Source: Methanobacteriota archaeon (GTDB lineage Archaea > Halobacteriota > Methanomicrobia > Methanomicrobiales > Methanoculleaceae). From it: a stretch of DNA of 64,000 nt. Below, piece by piece: positions 56,713-64,000 of the stretch (position 1 is its first letter; each line of letters begins with the position of its first letter). The translations under genes and the position numbers were made by a program. The stretch covers positions 8,313-72,312 of the forward strand of contig JAEZIP010000057.1 in the NCBI GenBank assembly GCA_023436625.1, in the 5' to 3' direction. The notes under the pieces were generated by a model. That model was not told where the DNA came from. It did not search any database and saw nothing but the letters and a program-made list of their open reading frames with translations.

Positions 56713-57861
56713 TCATCGACTTTCCCGGATATTTTCAAGCAGCGCTTCTGTGAAAGAGCCGAACAATGGTCCGTGAACTATCTGATAAATTGTGGTATCG
56801 CCGGCAAGATTAAGTTCAACCAATATTGGCTCGGCATGCGGTCCGACGGCGATATCCCACGACACGAGGTCAAAGTACGGGAGCTGGCGATGTAATGCGA
56901 TGGCCTGGTCGGAAAAAGCATCAAAATGTGGGATAATGCCGTCCTTAAATACATATCCGGTAAACGGGTGTTTCTCATATTTACGTGCGTATTTATCGAA
57001 AGCAAACTCGTTCAGGCGGCCATCTTTAGCGATCCCGCATGCCACCCCTCCGGCTGCGAGGTTGTCGACGATACTGGAGTTATCCCCAAATCTGGCGAAT
57101 GCCAACAGCAAATGAATTTTCCCTCTAAAGCGAAATGTAACCATCCGAAGCGTGTTTACCGAACCGGGATAAATCTCCTGCATAAGAGGGTGCTGCTCGA
57201 TCCTGGCCTGGATGATATAGTCACGACCGTATTTTGCATCGAGTTCCCTAAAAGCAACCGGTCTGTTCTGCATATGGATTGTATTTTCCCGGATGACGAG
57301 CGATCTGACGTCTCTTCCACAACACGTGAAGCTGGGTTTGATGAACACAGTTCCTTCATGTGCCAGGAGGTGATCGGAGGCGGCCTCGCGGGAGGTCGGG
57401 TGTCGTTTATCGAGATAGAAATTTCCGTTAATCTTTCTCAGGATCGTCGTGGGCGCGACAACTCCCTCTAAAAATACATCGGAGCTGTTTTTATCGATAT
57501 ATGCATCAGCCAGATCCTGGCGGTTCAGCCAGGGGTAAATTTCCGAGAAACAGAGGTCCTTAGGTATATAACGCTCATCTTCCAGCCCGTTCGCACCGGC
57601 ACAGACGGCATGCCATGCCGTATTCACTCTCTTTCCGTAGTGTGCCTTCCAGAAAGAGTCGATACGATTGGCATAGGCGGAGTTCGGACGGAGAGGCAGA
57701 TCTGTATTTTTCCGGGAGAGGAGCCTGATCTCGTTGCGGTATTTTGCCCGCACAAAATACTTCCAGACTCGCGGAAAAACCCAGAATGCATGTTTTTTTG
57801 CCCCGGGAAACCGCTGGCCGACAGATTTGGAGAGCATAATTAACGTTTTATTACGGGACAC
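56713..57861 (-). CDS. ATP-grasp family protein (sugar-transfer-associated ATP-grasp-like)
   Basis: VFIKPSFTCCGRDV strand, AAGGVACGIAKDGRL and a C-terminal DLVSWDIAV...EPILVELNLAGD (E-x-N Mg site) fit an ATP-grasp fold. The family assignment is from memory only. Confidence 0.6.
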   Translation of the reverse strand: MSRNKTLIMLSKSVGQRFPGAKKHAFWVFPRVWKYFVRAKYRNEIRLLSRKNTDLPLRPNSAYANRIDSFWKAHYGKRVNTAWHAVCAGANGLEDERYIPKDLCFSEIYPWLNRQDLADAYIDKNSSDVFLEGVVAPTTILRKINGNFYLDKRHPTSREAASDHLLAHEGTVFIKPSFTCCGRDVRSLVIRENTIHMQNRPVAFRELDAKYGRDYIIQARIEQHPLMQEIYPGSVNTLRMVTFRFRGKIHLLLAFARFGDNSSIVDNLAAGGVACGIAKDGRLNEFAFDKYARKYEKHPFTGYVFKDGIIPHFDAFSDQAIALHRQLPYFDLVSWDIAVGPHAEPILVELNLAGDTTIYQIVHGPLFGSFTEALLENIRESR

Positions 57862-57961
57862 TTAAAGCAACTCGTTTTGAAGGTGCAGTATCTTCAGACC
57901 CCGCCTGCTGCCGTACCCGTTATGCCCTCACAAGTGGAACCCGTCTCAAGAATGCCAATCT

Positions 57962-59368
57962 CTATTCCGTTTCCGGGACCTCGCATATGACATACCTGAA
58001 CTTGCCGCTCTCTGAGGGCTCGATCTCTTCCACGAAATCGAAGCGAACCCTGCAAGAATCACCCATCAAGAGTTGCATTTTTGCCTCGATATCCTTGATC
58101 TCGCGGTGGTTGATCTCTCCATCAACAACGATCTTGCACTGTATGAGACTGTAGCCCTTCTGGAGGATCTGAAATTTTTTAACCCATTTTTTAAAAACCA
58201 ACAGGTGAGAAAAGTAACCTCCACTGATCTTCGTCCCGTCCTCCAGGACAAAATGATCGGTTGTCCTTCCGGTAATGCTTTCAAGCATGTGGGACTCTCT
58301 TCCACAGGAGCAGGGTGCCGGTCTTAATCGGGCGGTGTCTCCGATCCGGTACCGTATGAGCGGCATCGAGAAGTTGCGTAAATTTGTAACGACCACTTCA
58401 CCCGCTCCCGTACTGTCGGTTTCAGGTACTTCGATATACTGGAGAAAGTCGAAGATGTGCAGCCCTTCTTGTCTTCGGCATTCGCATGCAATGGGACCCA
58501 CCTCTCTTGATCCGTACTGGTTGTACACGCGTGTCCCCAACGTCTCTTCGAGATATGTTCTGACGGGCTCTGAAAGCATGCCCGCCGTGACAATGAAGGC
58601 ATCAGGCGGATGCAGGAGGGTTCTGCCGTTCCGGTTCAGGTATCTTGCCAGTTCAAATGAAGAGGTAACATAACTCCATACGACCGAAGGCCTGTAAGTA
58701 TCCAGGTGATAAACGATACTCTCCAGTTGCTGGGAACTCAGCTTAAAACTATTGATGAATTTTCTATTATAGATGAAATTGCGGATTTTGTTCTTAATCC
58801 CGATTGTACCTTCGATTATGTCTCTGTCCGACCCCCAGAGTTTGACCTCTCTCTCCCCGATCTGTTTTCCGAAGACCTGGTTGAAATAAATTTTCGTTGC
58901 AATATTCCATTCTTCATACTCCCGGTCCTGAATGAACCAGACCGGCTCTCCGGTTGAGCCGCCCGATGTATTTTCGTATGGCTCTCGGTTGGCGTAATCC
59001 GTTGAATAAAGGTTCTTTCCCTCTCTCCGGATGATGTCTTTCGTTAGAATGGGAATATTGCCGAAATGTTCAAGGTATACCTTTCCCCCGGAGATTACGC
59101 CTGCTTCGGGCAGAATTCTATGATAATACGGCACATTTTCATAGGCGTGCATCAACAGGCGCTCAAGCGTTGCCTGCTGGTATTCGACAATCTCTGCCCG
59201 TGAGAACTGCGATACCCGTTCGATCTCTTTCAGGTACCGGGGTATTTTACTCCCGCTCAAATGGAGTGCAACAAGGATAGCCGGTTTTCTCCAGTTAATC
59301 GATATCACTCCCGTTCTCCGATTGTTGACTCGTATAATTGAACATACGAACGGGCGCAACTTCTCCAC
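57962..59368 (-). CDS. phenylacetate-CoA ligase / CapK / F390-synthetase-like adenylate-forming enzyme
   Basis: P-loop-like TSGGSTGEPV, YNQYGSREVG and RYRIGD motifs of the PaaK/CapK clade. A GTG at 59308 forms a GTGA overlap with the upstream stop and is a plausible alternative start. Confidence 0.8.
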   Translation of the reverse strand: MEKLRPFVCSIIRVNNRRTGVISINWRKPAILVALHLSGSKIPRYLKEIERVSQFSRAEIVEYQQATLERLLMHAYENVPYYHRILPEAGVISGGKVYLEHFGNIPILTKDIIRREGKNLYSTDYANREPYENTSGGSTGEPVWFIQDREYEEWNIATKIYFNQVFGKQIGEREVKLWGSDRDIIEGTIGIKNKIRNFIYNRKFINSFKLSSQQLESIVYHLDTYRPSVVWSYVTSSFELARYLNRNGRTLLHPPDAFIVTAGMLSEPVRTYLEETLGTRVYNQYGSREVGPIACECRRQEGLHIFDFLQYIEVPETDSTGAGEVVVTNLRNFSMPLIRYRIGDTARLRPAPCSCGRESHMLESITGRTTDHFVLEDGTKISGGYFSHLLVFKKWVKKFQILQKGYSLIQCKIVVDGEINHREIKDIEAKMQLLMGDSCRVRFDFVEEIEPSESGKFRYVICEVPETE

Positions 59369-60441
59369 GACATACCCCGGGCGATCTCCGATGATCGTCG
59401 CTTACAGCGCGTTAAAATGTCCGGATTCTGGAGAAAAACGGATATCTTTTCACTAATGTCCGCATGGTCCCCTTTCTCAATGAGGAAGCCGTTATCGTCC
59501 AGCAATTCCGCAGCACCGGTCTCTGTTGTGAGCAAAGCGAGGCCTGATGCAATTGCTTCCTGGGTCGCGTTGCCAAGAGCTTCATTAACCGATGGTAAAA
59601 TGAAAATGTCGTGCTCACGGTATATGTCCGGAATTTTTTCGTGTTCTATTGCGCCAAGAAACGAAACCTGAGCCGTGAGGTGCAGCTGCCGGGCTAAGGC
59701 CCTTAATTCTTGCTCCCGGTTGCCGCTTCCGACGATCGTTGCCCGAATTGCGTCTTCCGGGTATTTTCCCCGGAGATCTGCGACAGCCTGAATGATATGC
59801 TCGATACCTTTCCTTTCAATCAACCTTCCGACGAAAAGAATCTTTAATTCGCGCGTGTTGCGGTCAGCAGGATAAAATGCACCAGTGTCGACTCCATTGT
59901 ATATTACATCATAGTCACGGTCGAGGGTGTGTTTGGCCATCTTGCGGGAATCCTTGCTTAATACAGTGACCCTGCGTGCATGTTTCCATACTATCTTTGA
60001 GATATGCGTAAAGAGGAGTGGATCCAGTATCCGTAGCCGTGGATTGTACCCGGGAATATCGCTTCCCCGCAATGCTACGATATAAGGTATTCTCTTCCTG
60101 AAGACGTACCCGAGTATACCGGATGGCCAGCCGAACCAGCAATGACAGAGATCGTAGTGGTTTTCCCGCACAAGTCGATTCATCAACAGGAATGCTGCTG
60201 TGCTCCAGACAAGGATCTCGGACATTTTCCAGTGATGGAGATTCTTTTTGTTGACCCGAACTTTATAGATTCGAATGTTGCCTGAAAATTGTTCTATCTC
60301 CAACCGGTTGTTTGCGGATGAAGTTATGAGATCGATCGAGATGCCGGGTACCAGTGCATATTCTTTGAGCATGTGGTAACAGGCGTTCCCCGCCCCGCCC
60401 CCCAGCGGTGGGTACTCATAGTTCAGCATCAGAATTCTCAT
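59305..60441 (-). CDS. glycosyltransferase family 4 (GT-B), paralog of 55368..56486
   Basis: MRILMLNYEYPPLGGGAGNA N-terminus. C-terminal EALGNATQEAIASGLALL. Confidence 0.88.
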   Translation of the reverse strand: MRILMLNYEYPPLGGGAGNACYHMLKEYALVPGISIDLITSSANNRLEIEQFSGNIRIYKVRVNKKNLHHWKMSEILVWSTAAFLLMNRLVRENHYDLCHCWFGWPSGILGYVFRKRIPYIVALRGSDIPGYNPRLRILDPLLFTHISKIVWKHARRVTVLSKDSRKMAKHTLDRDYDVIYNGVDTGAFYPADRNTRELKILFVGRLIERKGIEHIIQAVADLRGKYPEDAIRATIVGSGNREQELRALARQLHLTAQVSFLGAIEHEKIPDIYREHDIFILPSVNEALGNATQEAIASGLALLTTETGAAELLDDNGFLIEKGDHADISEKISVFLQNPDILTRCKRRSSEIARGMSWRSCARSYVQLYESTIGERE

Positions 60442-60553
60442 CCAACCACATGCCTCACAAGATACGGTTTTCCCCAGTTCTGCCCGCAGTTGATATTCAG
60501 CAGGATCTCTGCGATGCTCCCGCGGGCAGCAGGCTGGACGGCACCGAGCACGG

Positions 60554-61408
60554 TTAACTGCTGCATGGTTTCCTCAGCAACACTCTCAACGTGCATACCT
60601 CAAGATCGCCTTTTCGTTTATGCGCAAAATGCGGGCTTAACCTGACTGAACCAAGATCCTGAGAGACGATATCCTCTGAAACGACCTCAAAGGAGTGTTT
60701 CTTAAATAGATCCATATACTCGTCGTATCGAAGTCTGTTTGTGTAGGAAACGCCTTCTTTTGTCAAATATTTGTTCCATATGTCTTCTTCATATTTATAA
60801 AAGAGAAACGGGGACTCAAAGTTATAGTGGTCGCGCAAGTCAATATTGTGGTACATATACCCTCCCCTCCCCAGAATCTTTGACATACACTCGATTGTTG
60901 CCTCAATGTCCTTTACGTGCTCTAAAACGCTTTTGGAAATGATAATATCAACGTTGACCAGATCAGAGTCACATAAATCGCACGGCAAAAACCGTATATT
61001 CCCTGAACGTAATAGCCCATTAGAGAAATTCTGCTTGGAGAGGTTATATTTCCTCGAGATGAATTCTAATTCATCGTCTTGAAACTTTCTCTGTCTTTTG
61101 GAATTTTGAAATCTTGGAAACTTGTCCAGCAAAACTACTTCTTTAGCACCGTGATTGATGAGATTATATCCAGTTATTTTAGAGTTTCCCGGACCAATTT
61201 CTAGAATTGTCTTGCCCTTAATACTGATGCCGTGCCGCTCGAAAACGCTTCTCATTATTTCGAAAGATCTGTCCAATTGTTCGAAATCACTTGAGTATAC
61301 GTTCCAGAACACCAGTTTCTTCAGGAATGTCAATCTACAGTAGAGAAAGCGGATGAAAAAGTCCAATTCATTTACAATATGGGATGTAATGCGGTTCCTC
61401 ACTCTCAT
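60554..61408 (-). CDS. class I SAM-dependent methyltransferase
   Basis: Motif I ILEIGPGNS and post-I VVLLDKF. SKSVLEHV. Low GC. Confidence 0.75.
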   Translation of the reverse strand: MRVRNRITSHIVNELDFFIRFLYCRLTFLKKLVFWNVYSSDFEQLDRSFEIMRSVFERHGISIKGKTILEIGPGNSKITGYNLINHGAKEVVLLDKFPRFQNSKRQRKFQDDELEFISRKYNLSKQNFSNGLLRSGNIRFLPCDLCDSDLVNVDIIISKSVLEHVKDIEATIECMSKILGRGGYMYHNIDLRDHYNFESPFLFYKYEEDIWNKYLTKEGVSYTNRLRYDEYMDLFKKHSFEVVSEDIVSQDLGSVRLSPHFAHKRKGDLEVCTLRVLLRKPCSS

Positions 61409-61427
61409 GGTTACACGGACCCCCCGT

Positions 61428-62375
61428 TTAGCGTTTCAGCACAGTCTCACTAAGGTAAGGTTTCCTTCCGTTCTGCCCGTGGTAAACTTTCAGCAGAATG
61501 TCTGCGAGGATCCCGAGGGCCACGAACTGGACGCCGACGACCAGGAGAACCAGCGCGACCAGGAACAGAGGGCGATCTGTGAGCCCGGTACCAAGGAAGA
61601 GCCGGGAAAAACCCAGGTACAGAGCGAGGGCAAGCCCGACTCCTGACATCACCAGCCCCGCTCCCCCGAACACATGCATCGGTCTGACCGAGTACCGCTG
61701 CCAGAAGGTGATTACGAGGAGGTCGAGGAATCCCTTGGCCAGGCGGGCCCATCTGTATTTACTCTCCCCAAAGGAGCGGTCCCGGTGATTGGTCTGCAGT
61801 TCCCCTACGTGGTAGCCCTTCCAGAGGAGCATCGCCGGGATGTAGCGGTGCAGTTCGCCGTAGAGTTCCAGGTCTTTGACGCACTCTCTCCGGTAGGCCC
61901 GGAGCGTGCATCCGGAGTCGTGGATCGTCTCATGGGTGAGGGTTTTTCGCAAAGCGTTTGCAACCTTCGAGAAGACCTTCTTGGAGAACGGGTCCTGGCG
62001 GTTGTAGCGCCAGCCGCAGACAACGTCGAGATCATCGGTCTCCATTGTTTCAAGGAGTTTCGGAATATCGTGCGGGTCGTTCTGGAGATCCGCGTCCATC
62101 GTGACGACGACCTCCCCCCCGGCATGGTCGAACCCTGCCTTCATCGCGGCGCTCTGGCCGAAGTTGCTCCGGAACTTGACGACCCTGACGACAGGGTCCT
62201 GGTCGTGAAGGGCGCTGAGCCGCTCGAACGTCGCATCGGTCGAACCGTCGTCCACGAAGATGATCTCGTAACTCCTACCCGACGCGGAGAACACCTCGTG
62301 TAACTCCTCATAGAGCGGGCCGACGCTCTCTTCCTCGTTGTATGCTGGAATCACTACTGATAACTCGACACCCAT
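61428..62375 (-). CDS. GT2 polyprenyl/dolichyl-phosphate hexose synthase (GtrB/AglD/DPM1-like)
   Basis: LSVVIPAYNEEES, IIFVDDGSTD and VTMDADLQNDP motifs plus two C-terminal TM helices, which is the GtrB-type architecture. Confidence 0.85.
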   Translation of the reverse strand: MGVELSVVIPAYNEEESVGPLYEELHEVFSASGRSYEIIFVDDGSTDATFERLSALHDQDPVVRVVKFRSNFGQSAAMKAGFDHAGGEVVVTMDADLQNDPHDIPKLLETMETDDLDVVCGWRYNRQDPFSKKVFSKVANALRKTLTHETIHDSGCTLRAYRRECVKDLELYGELHRYIPAMLLWKGYHVGELQTNHRDRSFGESKYRWARLAKGFLDLLVITFWQRYSVRPMHVFGGAGLVMSGVGLALALYLGFSRLFLGTGLTDRPLFLVALVLLVVGVQFVALGILADILLKVYHGQNGRKPYLSETVLKR

Positions 62376-63286
62376 GCCGCATACCCCCGTAACCCTTCTT
62401 CAAGCGACACCTGCGGGCGCCACCCGAGATCCCGCTCTGCCGCCTTCGTATCGGCAAAGGTGTGCTCTGCATCGCCCTTCACCGCATCCGCATACCTGAT
62501 CTCGGAAGCACTCCCGGTGATCTCGATGATCGTCCTGGCGAGCGTCCGGATGGAGACCCGGTGCCCCCCGCCGATGTTGTAGGCCCCTTCACCTTTTCGC
62601 ATGGCGATGAGGTTTGCCCGGACGACGTCCTCGATGTTGGTGAAGTCCCGGGTCTTCGTCCCGTCGCCGAAGATCGTGATCGGCTCGTCTGCGAGGGCTT
62701 TCCGGGTGAAGATGCTGATCGCAAGATCCGGCCGCATCCGCGGCCCGTAGACGGTGAAGTAGCGGAGAGACACTGTCCTCAATCCGTAAATCTCCGAAAA
62801 TACGCGGCAGTACTCCTCGGCCGCGAGTTTCGAGACGCCGTAGGGGGAGACCGGCCGCCGGGGGTGATCCTCGTCGAAGGGCAGGTATTCCACGTTTCCG
62901 TAGACTGACGAGGAGGATGCGTTGATGATCTTCTCTACATCGGAGTCCCGAGCCGCTTCGAGGAGATTGAGGGTCCCGGTCGCGTTCACCTCGTGAGGTT
63001 TTACGGGGTCGTCGACCGAGATGCGGACGCCTGCCTGAGCCGCCTCGTGAAAGACATAGTCCGTGCCCTTGAGGAGTCTGGTGAGGGTCACCCTGTCCCG
63101 GATGTCGCCGACTTCGAGGTTGAAGTTCTTGTACGCTAAAAACGGCTGGATATTGCTCCTTTTTATCTCCGGGTCGTAGTAGGGGTCGAAGTTGTCCAGA
63201 CAGACGACCTCGTGTCCGTCACCGAGCAGCCGCTCGATGATATGGGAGCCGATGAACCCGGCCCCGCCGGTGACTAGTACCCGAAT
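62354..63286 (-). CDS. NAD-dependent sugar epimerase/dehydratase (SDR), with no canonical start codon
   Basis: VLVTGGAGFIGSH Rossmann motif at 63245-63280 and a YGVSKLAAE catalytic motif. The frame is open from the TAA at 63311-63313, but the first ATG/GTG/TTG is GTG 63091, which lies downstream of the Rossmann motif. The annotated start is the near-cognate ATT at 63284-63286. Confidence 0.75.
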   Translation of the reverse strand: MRVLVTGGAGFIGSHIIERLLGDGHEVVCLDNFDPYYDPEIKRSNIQPFLAYKNFNLEVGDIRDRVTLTRLLKGTDYVFHEAAQAGVRISVDDPVKPHEVNATGTLNLLEAARDSDVEKIINASSSSVYGNVEYLPFDEDHPRRPVSPYGVSKLAAEEYCRVFSEIYGLRTVSLRYFTVYGPRMRPDLAISIFTRKALADEPITIFGDGTKTRDFTNIEDVVRANLIAMRKGEGAYNIGGGHRVSIRTLARTIIEITGSASEIRYADAVKGDAEHTFADTKAAERDLGWRPQVSLEEGLRGYAAWVSSYQ

Positions 63287-64000
63287 GTTCCGTCCCTCCC
63301 GGTGGCGGTGTTATGATCCGGTTCGGCGTGCCCATTCTCCCTCAGATACCACTCATTCGCCCGCATCAGATCCCGCGGTGTCCCGACGTCGATGTGGATG
63401 CCGTCGATGACGCGGTAGCGGACGTCCCGGCCCTCGCCGATCTCGAGCCGGAACGCGTCGGGGAGCTGGTACTCGCCCTTGTGGCCGGGCGGGGTCCGGG
63501 CGATGGCGTCGAAGATGCTCGTCTCGAAGACGTAGGCCCCGAGGGCGCCGAGGTCGCTCGGGGCGGCCGTCGGCTGCGGCTTCTCGACCATGTCGACGAC
63601 CCGGTCGCCGTCGGGGAGGATGATCCCGTGGCGGGTGACGTCCTCCACCCGGGCGACGCCGACGGTGGTCTCGGGGCGTTGGGCGGCGTGGTAGTCGATG
63701 AGGTCGGAGAGAAACGTCTTCGGCGAGAAGAAGTTGTCGCCGAGGACGACGGCGAAGGTGCCGTCGATGACGTGCTCGCCGGCGGCGACGGCGTTCGCGA
63801 GGCCGAGCCGCTCGTCCTGGACCACGTAGGTGAAGTCGACGCCGAAACGCTTCCCCGAGCCCAGGTAGTCGGAGAGGCCGTGCTTGTGCGGGGAGACGAC
63901 GATGACGATGTCGGTGATCCCGGCAAGGTGCATCGCCTCGACGACGTGCTCGATCACCGCTTTCTCGCCCACGGGGAGGAGTTCTTTGGGGATCGCGTTC
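63274..64000 (-). CDS. sugar-1-phosphate nucleotidyltransferase, N-terminus beyond the window edge
   Basis: PKELLPVGEKAVIEHV (continues past 63972 to the window end), GLANAV, VVLGDNFF and VEKP motifs. Partial at the window end. Confidence 0.85.
   Translation of the reverse strand, partial: NAIPKELLPVGEKAVIEHVVEAMHLAGITDIVIVVSPHKHGLSDYLGSGKRFGVDFTYVVQDERLGLANAVAAGEHVIDGTFAVVLGDNFFSPKTFLSDLIDYHAAQRPETTVGVARVEDVTRHGIILPDGDRVVDMVEKPQPTAAPSDLGALGAYVFETSIFDAIARTPPGHKGEYQLPDAFRLEIGEGRDVRYRVIDGIHIDVGTPRDLMRANEWYLRENGHAEPDHNTATGRDGTFGY

Noticed and set aside
1-64000. rRNA, tRNA, selenocysteine or pyrrolysine recoding, and cas or defence-system genes
   Set aside because: I looked in the intergenic regions and for in-frame TGA/TAG codons in otherwise intact genes. 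The only in-frame stops found were in the IS and nucleotidyltransferase remnants. No cloverleaf-like or rRNA-like segments were recognised by eye, so an Infernal/tRNAscan run is still advisable.

Overview
High-GC archaeal chromosome segment. It looks methanogen-like, probably Methanomicrobiales or Methanoculleus; that is an inference from gene content (Isf flavoproteins, AglB with WWDYG, archaeal lipobox proteins, F390-synthetase/CapK-like ligase). Gene order from left to right follows. (1) 1-4.3 kb: an orphan secreted protein and two tandem DGGY-repeat lipoprotein paralogs. (2) 4.4-9.9 kb: housekeeping genes, namely ADP-ribosylglycohydrolase, argC, a CBS-domain gene, argJ, argB, chorismate mutase and an M50-type protease. 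(3) 9.9-13.9 kb: a 1353-aa multi-PAS/GAF histidine kinase. (4) 14.1-20.6 kb: a dense oxidative-stress/redox island with three Isf-like flavoproteins, peroxiredoxin, a Cys-less AhpD-like protein, stand-alone desulforedoxin, a Zn-ribbon protein, a CDF transporter, rubrerythrin and a glutaredoxin-TrxR fusion. It also holds a 45-nt hairpin tandem repeat array. (5) 20.9-22.8 kb: abrB-like gene, arsM and a CDP-alcohol phosphatidyltransferase. (6) 22.8 kb to the window end: a roughly 41-kb surface-glycan/N-glycosylation super-locus anchored on aglB. This locus contains nine GT4 genes, stand-alone GT2 genes, rmlABCD, a Wzm/Wzt ABC exporter and a 1139-aa methyltransferase/coiled-coil/2xGT2 fusion. It also has two Wzx flippases, two GT-C (ArnT/PMT-like) enzymes, a Dol-P-hexose synthase-like GT2, five further methyltransferases and an LtaS/EptA-like phosphotransferase. 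A CapK-like ligase plus ATP-grasp pair, an epimerase and a sugar nucleotidyltransferase complete it. The central part (about 35.7-61.4 kb) is a lower-GC mosaic with two degraded IS transposases and two gene-fragment scars, which suggests horizontal acquisition and reshuffling. No rRNA, tRNA or CRISPR array was recognised. All homology calls come from motif recognition by eye; no database search was run.
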